Positions 8,392-17,054 of a stretch of DNA of 64,000 nt are shown one piece after another. Both the position numbers and the translations under genes were made by a program. The notes beneath the pieces were generated by a model. That model was not told where the DNA came from, ran no database searches, and was given only the letters and a program-made list of their open reading frames with translations. The stretch covers positions 2,432,001 to 2,496,000 of the forward strand of contig OZ242010.1 in the NCBI GenBank assembly GCA_965204745.1. The letters run 5' to 3'. The DNA comes from Candidatus Latescibacterota bacterium. Lineage in GTDB: Bacteria; Latescibacterota; UBA2968. The stretch's first letter is position 1; each line of letters begins with the position of its first letter.

Positions 8392-8518
8392 CCACTTCTA
8401 ACAAGGATTGAATGGCTTAGGTTTTTGGACATTAGCAACATTGAATCGACATAACGTAGATATGAACACATCGTTGACGCAGGCGTTTCGCCTAAATGCA
8501 ATGGCTGAACGACGCAGA

Positions 8519-8556
8519 GAAAAAGCCATCCCAAATTTATCGGGATGGCTTTTTTC
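8519..8556. terminator. Bidirectional intrinsic terminator
   Basis: AAAAAGCCATCCC...GGGATGGCTTTTTT. Confidence 0.8.
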
Positions 8557-8576
8557 TATTCCATAACACCGCTTCC

Positions 8577-8693
8577 CTACCTTCTCGCCAACACCCGTGC
8601 GCGGGTTTGTGCAACGATGTCTTTTTGAGGCCCGGCGTTGGGGGCAGTTTTGCGATTGAGGAGTGCGAGGATATTTCTTTTGGAATGTACCAT
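8577..8693 (-). CDS. Possible 38-aa small basic protein
   Basis: MVHSKRNILALLNRKTAPNAGPQKDIVAQTRARVLARR with a GGAGAGG RBS, ending just before the terminator. Confidence 0.35.
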   Translation of the reverse strand: MVHSKRNILALLNRKTAPNAGPQKDIVAQTRARVLARR

Positions 8694-8761
8694 TTGTGCC
8701 TCTCCCTGCCCTGCATCCAAGTAGCCAGTAGTCAGTAAGTCAGTCCCCGCGCCCTAATCCC

Positions 8762-9655
8762 TCAAACCCTGCCAAATTCCAAAACGCTGTGGGCGATTCG
8801 CACCTCGAGGCCGATAGGCAGGACGCGGCGGGACTTGCCGTGGCCGTAGGGCAGGTCGCAATACACCGGGCAGGACACGCGCATAGCAAAATCCGCGAGC
8901 ACGTCTTCGAGTTGCCCCTCGGATTCGCACTCGGGTTCGCAACCCACAAATTCGCCGAACACCACGCCCGCGGCGCGATCAAATGCCCCGGCCATTGCCA
9001 GTTGATTCAGCATGCGATCTACGCGATAGGGCGGCTCATTCACGTCCTCCAGCGCGATCACCGCGCCTTCGCATTGCGGGAAAAACGCCGTGCCTGCCAG
9101 CGACACCATGAGCGATAAACACCCGCCGATCAGCGTGCCCGTGGCCTCGCCCTCGCGCAGGGCCGTCAAGGGGATGGGCGCGAACCGATGCGAACACACC
9201 GCGTCCCACAACGCGCTTTCGGTCTCGGCATGGAGACCCTCTGTCGTCACATCCGAACACAGGGACAGCCCGGAAAACGTGACCAGTGCCGCACGGTCAT
9301 AGATACCCAACTGCAACGCCGTCGTATCGCTCAGGCCGACCAACGCCTTGGGGTTTTGCGCGATCAACGCCCAATCCAACAAGTCCAAAATGCGGGCCGC
9401 GCCATATCCGCCACGCGCCACAAAAATGCCCTTCACATCTGTATCCGCAAACATCGCATGCACATCGTCTGCCCGCGCCCGATCCGTTCCCGCCAGATAC
9501 CGATCTCGTGCGTAGAGCGACTCGCCCTCGCGCACGCGAAATCCCCGCTGTTGCAAATACGCCACTCCCGGCGTCAACCGCTCGCGCTCGAATGACCCGG
9601 ATGGCGCGATGATCCCGACTGTATCGCCGGGTTGTAATTTGGAGGGAAGAGTCAT
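8762..9655 (-). CDS. ldcA: LD-carboxypeptidase (peptidase S66)
   Basis: LQPGDTVGIIAPS, YLAGTD..RA, RGGYG, GLSDTTAL, LEDVNE, PYGHG catalytic motifs. Confidence 0.9.
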   Translation of the reverse strand: MTLPSKLQPGDTVGIIAPSGSFERERLTPGVAYLQQRGFRVREGESLYARDRYLAGTDRARADDVHAMFADTDVKGIFVARGGYGAARILDLLDWALIAQNPKALVGLSDTTALQLGIYDRAALVTFSGLSLCSDVTTEGLHAETESALWDAVCSHRFAPIPLTALREGEATGTLIGGCLSLMVSLAGTAFFPQCEGAVIALEDVNEPPYRVDRMLNQLAMAGAFDRAAGVVFGEFVGCEPECESEGQLEDVLADFAMRVSCPVYCDLPYGHGKSRRVLPIGLEVRIAHSVLEFGRV

Positions 9656-9665
9656 AGTGGTCAGT

Positions 9666-10032
9666 GGCGTCGTTGCATAAATGGCGATAGCCTGCTGTTT
9701 GGGGTAGCAAAAAGACAGGCTCCTTCGCAGATTGGGCATATTTGTCACCGCCACAACACCCTTTCTCACAAGGAACCTGTCATGGCTAAGATAGCCTCTT
9801 CCAAGACCTCCGTCAATGCCCCTCGTCGCCGGTGCTGTGAGACTTGTCTATCGGGTGCGGAACTAGGCGGCTTACGAGGCTGGCCTCAAGTAGCGGGGCA
9901 GTCTGACGTTTTGGATCACGCCTCGAGCCCTTCGGGGCTGGTACTTTCAAGGGCCGACGCAACGGGGGCGCAAACTTGGCGATCCAAACAGCGGTGATGG
10001 TGTGTTTGTTCTATCCCTTGCCCCTGCGCCAA
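9666..10032 (+). pseudogene. Truncated, decayed IS5 (IS903-like) fragment: left IR plus 5' end of the transposase
   Basis: Left end GGCGTCGTTGCATAAAT and leader AAAAAGACAGGCTCCTTCG...GGAACCTGTCATG match the intact IS at 59581. The fragment is frameshifted and ends at TTGCCCCTGCGCCAA. Confidence 0.88.
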
Positions 10033-10068
10033 GATGAAGATAGCGATGGATTTGCCGATGGTGTGCAT
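10033..10068 (-). pseudogene. Truncated last cassette of the array (MHTIGKSIAIFI, then fused to the IS fragment)
   Basis: Same leader, RBS and first 12 codons as the other array genes, then an abrupt switch to IS sequence. Confidence 0.8.
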
Positions 10069-10227
10069 GGGGTTCTCCTCTCTATGAGATCCATGTGCCG
10101 GTTAGAAACTGTTTTAATTTTTTCAAGACCTACCTTCGCGCCGCTCATTGTAGGCTACGCCTGGAACAAAAAAGAAGGTCTCCCCTCCCCGTTTCGGGGA
10201 GGGGCCGGGGGAGGGGTCCTATTCCTT
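10069..10227. repeat. ~155-160 bp inter-cassette repeat (copies at 14378-14532 and 15691-15850)
   Basis: Near-identical GGTTAGAAACTGTTTTAATTTTTTCAAGACCTACCTTCGCGCCGCTCATTGTAGGC... containing the GC-rich palindrome CCCCTCCCCGTTTCGGGGAGGGG. Confidence 0.9.
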
Positions 10228-11313
10228 TCAAAAATTGACCGTGAGCGCGGCGCGAAGCCCTTTGTCTCGCGTGGGCGCGATGCTCAGGTTGAGGCGTTGC
10301 GGCGATACCTCAACCCATTTCTCGGATTTTATTGTAGCACCCATGAGAGTCGAGAGAACCACTATGGATGGGAATATATACACCGCTGTCACGAATGTAG
10401 CAAGGCCACGCCAGTCGTTGTCCTCATCGTTCAAATCTACCAGCGCGATTGGAACGAGGATAATAAGTCCAAGCCCAAGCCCAATCTTAAAGCCTTTGCC
10501 CGTGTTTCGATGCTGTCCAATGCTGACTTCAAAGTTGGAGATTGAAGACATGGGGACTTGATAAAATGTGTGTCCACCTTGGATAACGACCGTGTCTCGA
10601 TTCATTTTTATGACCTCGCCAACGATCCGACTTTTTGAAAGTGAAGGGGCTTTGAAACGCACTTTGGCATTGAACAGGGTCTGTCTTGCATTTTTCCACC
10701 ACCGATCAATGTCTCGCTTGTGTTTAGCAACAACAAGTGTGTCAATGTCGCTGTATGCTATCCATCTTTCCCAGTTTTGCTTTTTGATTGCGATGCGGTT
10801 TGCGCCTTTACCGACAATCCACCCGGTTACGGTTTCTTTCGTCCTTTCTGGTGTATAGACGACATGGGCATACCATCCTTTTCTTATTTTTTTTAGATCA
10901 ATCTGCTCGCGTGTCATGACCGTGGGGAACTGTTGGTTGAACCGTTGGATGGCTTGTGCTTTATTCCGAATAACCCGATTCACCTCGTTCATCTGCGTCG
11001 CGGGCACGCTGGATTCTTCGCTCATGATTATGGATAGAACTTTGGCATAAGCGATAGTCGTCTTGCTCTTGAGTCCGCCGCTGCGAATGGTGAACGATGT
11101 CTCGCCTATCGCATCGATCCAGCCCCTCGCCATTCTTTCTCGGTCATTGCCATCGCGATAGGTGACAGCGATGTACGCATCTCGAACCAGCGCGTTGGCA
11201 TTGACCTGATCGCCTTGCAAGTGCTTGGCGGCATGTGCGAGCATGGGGGCCATCGCATTGAGCACGAGGGTCGCGGTGACAAAGATGGCGATGGATTTGG
11301 TGATGGTGTGCAT
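10228..11313 (-). CDS. Array protein: signal peptide + three Sm-like modules + variable hydrophobic hairpin + type-1 beta C-terminus (…LRAALTVNF)
   Basis: Shares blocks with paralogs; conserved AGGAGAACCCC RBS. Confidence 0.85.
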   Translation of the reverse strand: MHTITKSIAIFVTATLVLNAMAPMLAHAAKHLQGDQVNANALVRDAYIAVTYRDGNDRERMARGWIDAIGETSFTIRSGGLKSKTTIAYAKVLSIIMSEESSVPATQMNEVNRVIRNKAQAIQRFNQQFPTVMTREQIDLKKIRKGWYAHVVYTPERTKETVTGWIVGKGANRIAIKKQNWERWIAYSDIDTLVVAKHKRDIDRWWKNARQTLFNAKVRFKAPSLSKSRIVGEVIKMNRDTVVIQGGHTFYQVPMSSISNFEVSIGQHRNTGKGFKIGLGLGLIILVPIALVDLNDEDNDWRGLATFVTAVYIFPSIVVLSTLMGATIKSEKWVEVSPQRLNLSIAPTRDKGLRAALTVNF

Positions 11314-11346
11314 GGGGTTCTCCTGTCTGTGAGGTTTGAGAGCCGG

Positions 11347-12183
11347 TTAGAACCGCAATGTGGCGATTGCCGATACGTTGCCATTGCGGTCAGGCGCGAG
11401 CCCGATTGAGAGCCGGCGGGGTTCAAGGGCAGGGTGTGACCGTTTGGACATCATCGCAACCCCGACGAGCGGGCCGATGAGCAGAGAAGGCCAGAGTTTT
11501 CTGTTGATGGCGGTCATCATAACCGTGCCTGCGCTCAATCCCATCGCGCTGCCTTTCAGCCCAACGCCAAATTGACCAGGTGTTTTTTGCATCAATGCGC
11601 GAATCCCTATGCCAATCCCACCGCCGATAAGCACGCCCAAAAAACTGTACATCGGGGCAGCGAAGCCACCGAGGGGATCATCCTCTTCATTGCTATTTAT
11701 TCCAATTTCCCAACCGATTATTCCACCTCCTATCCCTCCCAAAATACCCAAAGTGACAACACCGGGAACCCAGCGGCGGTTATCATCTGCCCTTTTTAGT
11801 GGACGCCCCAGACGCAGAAGGTTTTGGGCGTGCAACAGTTGGAATGGATTATCGCAAACCATGAGTTCTTCAATCCAAGTCCGCGGAATGGTCTTTTCTG
11901 TGTTGTCTCGGCGAATCGTCAGTTCGGTTTCATCTATCGCTCGGACGAATCCTTCCTCGGTTTCAATTTTGCCATCGCCTTTGCGATAGGTCACGCCGAC
12001 GTATCGGCCCTTGGCAACGACCAATTGCCGGGCGCGTTCACCGATAAACCGCTCAACCCCTGCAATCACCTCTGCGGGCGCGTTGTTCTCTGCCTGCGCG
12101 AGCGCAGGGGCCATCGCATTGAGCACGAGGGTTGCAGTGACAAAGATGGCGATGGATTTGGTGATGGTGCGTTCTGCGTACAT
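11347..12183 (-). CDS. Array protein: signal peptide + module B + glycine-zipper helices + type-2 C-terminus (…NVSAIATLRF)
   Basis: GxxxG-rich segments; shares blocks with the 17055 and 19569 genes. Confidence 0.85.
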   Translation of the reverse strand: MYAERTITKSIAIFVTATLVLNAMAPALAQAENNAPAEVIAGVERFIGERARQLVVAKGRYVGVTYRKGDGKIETEEGFVRAIDETELTIRRDNTEKTIPRTWIEELMVCDNPFQLLHAQNLLRLGRPLKRADDNRRWVPGVVTLGILGGIGGGIIGWEIGINSNEEDDPLGGFAAPMYSFLGVLIGGGIGIGIRALMQKTPGQFGVGLKGSAMGLSAGTVMMTAINRKLWPSLLIGPLVGVAMMSKRSHPALEPRRLSIGLAPDRNGNVSAIATLRF

Positions 12184-12227
12184 GGATGCCTCCGATTGAG
12201 TTTGGGGTGCTCGTTCTGCAACACGTC

Positions 12228-13142
12228 CTAAAATTTCAAAGATGGCCCAACCGCCACGGTCATTCCTCGCAAAAAATGATTATCCAAATACTCCCAAAAT
12301 AAGTCGGCTCGCACGGCGGCTTGCACGTTGATATGCGGATGAACAGGTACAAGGATCGCGGCACCCGCCGAACCGCGCGGACGGGTCGTCGATTCGTAAT
12401 CCCCTCCGCTCTGGTAGTAGATGTTCTCAAAGGATGCGCCAAACGCGAAATCGGCCAGCAAGACGACTCGTTTGCGATTGTTGAGGACATAAGCTTTTTG
12501 AAAGACCAGCAATGAGGAAAACACCCGTGCGGTCATGCCGGCCTCGCGTCGTCTAATTTCAGATTCACTTCTCCGCCAATGAGATACACTATATTCTTGG
12601 TCGGGCGAAACCGCAAAGATATTTACTTTTTGATACGCACATCGCAACCCAACCCGCGAACGGTCTTCATCAGAGAGGAAATCGCCGAAATAGAGAGACG
12701 CGGCCCACAGTGACTTTTTGTACCGATCACCAAAGATATAGAATCCCGTATACATTTTACTGATGTTAAAAAAATAACCGGCTTCAAGCGTCAATTCCGG
12801 TTTGAAATGGGTTAGCCATGAACGCGGGCCGGTCGTCTTTTTAGGTGCGGTCAACGCGATGATTTTGTGAATGCGCTCGCGGTCAATTTCCGTTTTCCAA
12901 GAATCGACGCCGATGATCAACCGCTTTGAATCAACCGCCTTGATTAGCCCTCTTACAGTCGCCATGCTTTCCCACTTCCCAGAGATCGAATCCCGCTCTC
13001 CCTCCCCATAAGTGATCATGACATACGCGCCGATTTCAACCGCGTTGCTGTCGATCTCCCCGGCTTTCACATCCACTTCTGCCCGTAGAACTCCTGGCAG
13101 ACACACGCCCAAAAGCAAAACGATTATCGCCATTCGTACCAT
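12228..13142 (-). CDS. Secreted protein: Sm-like N-domain + probable outer-membrane beta-barrel
   Basis: Signal peptide; GAYVMITY...VRGLIKAVD resembles array module A; alternating beta-strands ending VAVGPSLKF. Confidence 0.7.
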   Translation of the reverse strand: MVRMAIIVLLLGVCLPGVLRAEVDVKAGEIDSNAVEIGAYVMITYGEGERDSISGKWESMATVRGLIKAVDSKRLIIGVDSWKTEIDRERIHKIIALTAPKKTTGPRSWLTHFKPELTLEAGYFFNISKMYTGFYIFGDRYKKSLWAASLYFGDFLSDEDRSRVGLRCAYQKVNIFAVSPDQEYSVSHWRRSESEIRRREAGMTARVFSSLLVFQKAYVLNNRKRVVLLADFAFGASFENIYYQSGGDYESTTRPRGSAGAAILVPVHPHINVQAAVRADLFWEYLDNHFLRGMTVAVGPSLKF

Positions 13143-13174
13143 GTGTTCCTCCTGTCGAATCAGGATCCTTTGCG

Positions 13175-14377
13175 TTAAAAATTGACCGTGAGCGCGGCGC
13201 GAAGCCCTTTTTCAGGCGTGGGCGCGATGCTCAGGTTGAGGCGTTGCGGCGGCACTTCAACCCAGTTCTCGGATTTGGTTGCAGCACCCATGAGAGTCGA
13301 GAGAATCACTATGGATGGGAAGATATACGCCGCTGTAATAGCTGTGGCCCAGCCGTGCAATTCGAATTCGCCCCCTTCTTTATAATCTGCAATCGCGACT
13401 GGAACGAGGACAGCAAGTCCAAGCCCAAGCCCAATCATAAAACCTTTGTCCGCGTTTCGACGCTGTCCAATGCTGGCTTCAAAATTAGAGATGGAAGACA
13501 TGGGCACTTGAAGAATCGCCATCTTTATCACCGCGGCACTCGTGCTCAATGTACGTCCTTCTCGGATGAGAAGTGTGTCTTGCGTCATTTTGACGACCTC
13601 GCCAACGATCCATTCTTTTGTCAGTGAAGGAACTTTGAAACGCACTTTGGCATTGTGTGTCATGAACCGCTGTATGGCTTTTGTCTCTGCTTCTATTTTC
13701 TTTTTTTTTCGCGCTACTGCATTCCGTTGCGTTAAGTACACGCCTGTATCTGCACTCATGACCAATGTCATCACTTTGGCGTATGCAATGGTCGTCTTGC
13801 CCAAGAGGCCGTTTTGAATCGTGAACGATGTGTCGCCAATCGCCTTAATAATCCCCGCTTTCTCCTGTTTCAGTTTATTGTCCTCGTAATAGGTGACGAC
13901 AGCGTAGGCATTTTGAACCAGCGTATCGGCCTTGACCTGTTCGCCTTGCAGGTGGATAACCCCGGTCCTTGCCTTCTGTTCTGCCTTTGCCGCTCTTCTT
14001 TCTGCCTTTGCCGCTCTTCTTTTTTCATCTCTGATAAACCGATTTACCTCATTCATCTGCTTCGCGGGCACGCTTGATTCCTCGCTCATGATTATGGATA
14101 GGACTTTGGCGTAGGCGATAGTCGTCTTGCTCTTGAGTCCGCCGCTGCGAATGGTGAACGATGTCTCGCCTATCGCATCGATCCAGCCCCTCGCCGTTCT
14201 TTCTCGGCCATTGCCATCGCGATAGGTGACAGCGATGTACGCATCTCGAACCAGCGCGTTGGCATTGACCTGATCGCCTTGCAAGTGCTTGGCGGCCTGC
14301 GCGAGCATGGGAGCCATCGCGTTGATCAGAATGGTCGCCGTGACGAAAATGGCGATGGATTTGCCGATGGTGTGCAT
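13175..14377 (-). CDS. Array protein (modules A + A' + C, type-1 C-terminus)
   Basis: Shared signal peptide, module A, NAKVRFK module and WVEVPPQRLNLSIAP...LTVNF. Confidence 0.85.
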   Translation of the reverse strand: MHTIGKSIAIFVTATILINAMAPMLAQAAKHLQGDQVNANALVRDAYIAVTYRDGNGRERTARGWIDAIGETSFTIRSGGLKSKTTIAYAKVLSIIMSEESSVPAKQMNEVNRFIRDEKRRAAKAERRAAKAEQKARTGVIHLQGEQVKADTLVQNAYAVVTYYEDNKLKQEKAGIIKAIGDTSFTIQNGLLGKTTIAYAKVMTLVMSADTGVYLTQRNAVARKKKKIEAETKAIQRFMTHNAKVRFKVPSLTKEWIVGEVVKMTQDTLLIREGRTLSTSAAVIKMAILQVPMSSISNFEASIGQRRNADKGFMIGLGLGLAVLVPVAIADYKEGGEFELHGWATAITAAYIFPSIVILSTLMGAATKSENWVEVPPQRLNLSIAPTPEKGLRAALTVNF

Positions 14378-14532
14378 GGGGTTCTCCTCTCTATGAGGTT
14401 TGAGAGCCGGTTAGAAACTGTTTTAATTTTTTCAAGACCTACCTTCGCGCCGCTCATTGTAGGCTACGCCTAAAATAAAAAAAGAAGGTCTCCCCGTTTC
14501 GGGGAGGGGCCGGGGGAGGGGTCCTATTCCTT

Positions 14533-15690
14533 TCAAAAATTGAACGTGAGCGCGGCGCGAAGTCCTTTGTCTCGCGTGGGCGCGATGCTCAAGTTGAGAT
14601 GTTGCGGCGATACCTCAACCCATTTCTCGGATTTTATTATCGTCCCCATGAGAGTCGAGAGAACCACTATGGGTAGGAATGCTATTGTCTCTAAAGGGAT
14701 GCCTGGCCATTCGTTCGGCAATATGATCTCGTCGTTAGAATTAGAATCTGCAATCGCGGCTGTAACAACGACAGCATATCCAAGCCCAAGCCCAATCATA
14801 AAACCTTTGCCCGCGTTTCGACGTTGCCCCAGGCTGGCTTCAAAATTGGAGATTGAAGACATGGGCACTTCAAGAAATGTACGTCCTTCTCGGATGAGAA
14901 GTGTGTCTTGCGTCATTTTGACGACCTCGCCAACGATCCGACTTTTTGAAAGTGAAGGGGCTTTGAAACGCACTTTGGCATTGTGTGTCATGAACCGTTG
15001 CATTGCATTGCTTGCATTTTTCAACTCTTCAACAGATCCTCGGTATTTAGCGTTGGCGACAACTATCGCGTCGATATCGCCGTATGCTATCGTGTCGATA
15101 TCGCCGTATGCTCTTTCCCAGGTTTTTCCGACGAATCTGGCCTTATTTTTGAACTCGTGGATTACGATATGCTTTGCGTCTTTGGTGATAATCCATCCGG
15201 TTGCGGTTTCTTTTTGGTTTTCTGATGTATAGATGGCATGGGCATACCATCCCTTTGTGATCTTCTCGGGGACGATCTGCTCGCCTTGCAGGTGGATAAC
15301 CCCGGTCCTTGCCTTCTGTTCTGCCGCTCTGCTTTTTTGATCTCTGATAAACCGATTCACCTCATTCATCTGCTTCGCGGGCACGCTTGAGGCTTCGCTC
15401 ATGATTATGGATAGGACTTTGGCGTAGGCGATAGTCGTCTTGCTCTTGAGTCCGCCGCTGCGAATGGTGAACGATGTCTCGCCTATCGCATCGATCCAGC
15501 CCCTCGCCGTTCTTTCTCGGCCATTGCCATCGCGATAGGTGACAGCGATGTACGCATCTCGAACCAGCGCGTTGGCATTGACCTGATCGCCTTGCAAGTG
15601 CTTGGCGGCATGTGCGAGCGCAGGGGTCATCGCATTGAGCACGAGGGTTGCAGTGATGAAGATAGCGATGGATTTGCCGATGGTGTGCAT
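14533..15690 (-). CDS. Array protein (modules A + D + C, type-1 C-terminus)
   Basis: Near-identical to the 15851 gene except in the hydrophobic hairpin. Confidence 0.85.
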   Translation of the reverse strand: MHTIGKSIAIFITATLVLNAMTPALAHAAKHLQGDQVNANALVRDAYIAVTYRDGNGRERTARGWIDAIGETSFTIRSGGLKSKTTIAYAKVLSIIMSEASSVPAKQMNEVNRFIRDQKSRAAEQKARTGVIHLQGEQIVPEKITKGWYAHAIYTSENQKETATGWIITKDAKHIVIHEFKNKARFVGKTWERAYGDIDTIAYGDIDAIVVANAKYRGSVEELKNASNAMQRFMTHNAKVRFKAPSLSKSRIVGEVVKMTQDTLLIREGRTFLEVPMSSISNFEASLGQRRNAGKGFMIGLGLGYAVVVTAAIADSNSNDEIILPNEWPGIPLETIAFLPIVVLSTLMGTIIKSEKWVEVSPQHLNLSIAPTRDKGLRAALTFNF

Positions 15691-15850
15691 GGGGTTCTCC
15701 TTTCTGTGAGGTTTGAGAGCCGGTTAGAAACTGTTTTAATTTTTTCAAGACCTACCTTCGCGCCGCTCATTGTAGGCCACGCGAAAAATACAAAAAGAAG
15801 GTCTCCCCTCCCAGTTTCGGGGAGGGGCCGGGGGAGAGGTCCTATTCCTT

Positions 15851-17020
15851 TCAAAAATTGACCGTGAGCGCGGCGCGAAGTCCTTTGTCTCGCGTGGGCG
15901 CGATGCTCAAGTTGAGATGTTGCGGCGATACCTCAACCCATTTCTCGGTTTTTATTATCGTCCCCATGAGAGTCGAGAGAACCACTATGGATGGGAATAT
16001 ATACACCGCTGTAATAGCTGTGGGAAAGCCTTGCAATTCCCCCTCTACTTTATAATCTTCAATCGCGACTGGAACAAGGACAGCAAGTCCAAGCCCAAGC
16101 CCAATCATAAAACCTTTGCCCGCGTTTCGACGTTGCCCCAGGCTGGCTTCAAAATTGGAGATTGAAGACATGGGCACTTCAAGAAATGTACGTCCTTCTC
16201 GGATGAGAAGTGTGTCTTGCGTCATTTTGACGACCTCGCCAACGATCCGACTTTTTGAAAGTGAAGGGGCTTTGAAACGCACTTTGGCATTGTGTGTCAT
16301 GAACCGTTGCATGGCCTTGCTTGCATTTTTCAACTCTTCAACAGATCCTCGGTATTTAGCGTTAGCGACAACTATCGCGTCGATATCGCCGTATGCTATC
16401 GTGTCGATATCGCCGTATGCTCTTTCCCAAGTTTTTCCGACTCGCCAACGATCCGTTCTTTCGAATCTGGCCTTATTTTTGAACTCGTGGATTACGATAT
16501 GCTTTGCGTCTTTGGTGATAATCCATCCGGTTGCGGTTTCTTTTTTTCCTTCTGATGTATAGATGGCATGGGCATACCATCCCTTTGTGATCTTCTCGGG
16601 GACGATCTGATCGCCTTGCAGGTGGATAACCCCGGTCTTTGCCTTCTGTTCTGCCTTTCTTCTTTTTTCATCTTTGATAAACCGATTCACCTCGTTCATC
16701 TGCGTCGCGGGCACGCTTGAGGCTTCGCTCATGATTATGGATAGGACTTTGGCGTAGGCGATAGTCGTCTTGCTCTTGAGTCCGCCGCTGCGAATGGTGA
16801 ACGATGTCTCGCCTATCGCATCGATCCAGCCTTTTGCCGTTCTTTCTCGGTCATTGCCATCGCGATAGGTGACAGCGACATAAGCATCTCGAACCAGCGC
16901 GTTGGCATTGACCTGATCGCCTTGCAAGTGCTTGGCGGCCTGCGCGAGCGCAGGGGCCATCGCGTTGAGCACGAGGGTTGCAGTGATGAATATGGCGATG
17001 GATTTGGTGATAGTGTACAT
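15851..17020 (-). CDS. Array protein (modules A + D + C, type-1 C-terminus)
   Basis: Start MYTITKSIAIF with the conserved RBS. Confidence 0.85.
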   Translation of the reverse strand: MYTITKSIAIFITATLVLNAMAPALAQAAKHLQGDQVNANALVRDAYVAVTYRDGNDRERTAKGWIDAIGETSFTIRSGGLKSKTTIAYAKVLSIIMSEASSVPATQMNEVNRFIKDEKRRKAEQKAKTGVIHLQGDQIVPEKITKGWYAHAIYTSEGKKETATGWIITKDAKHIVIHEFKNKARFERTDRWRVGKTWERAYGDIDTIAYGDIDAIVVANAKYRGSVEELKNASKAMQRFMTHNAKVRFKAPSLSKSRIVGEVVKMTQDTLLIREGRTFLEVPMSSISNFEASLGQRRNAGKGFMIGLGLGLAVLVPVAIEDYKVEGELQGFPTAITAVYIFPSIVVLSTLMGTIIKTEKWVEVSPQHLNLSIAPTRDKGLRAALTVNF

Positions 17021-17054
17021 GGGGGTTCTCCTTTCTGTGAGATCCAGGTGCCGG

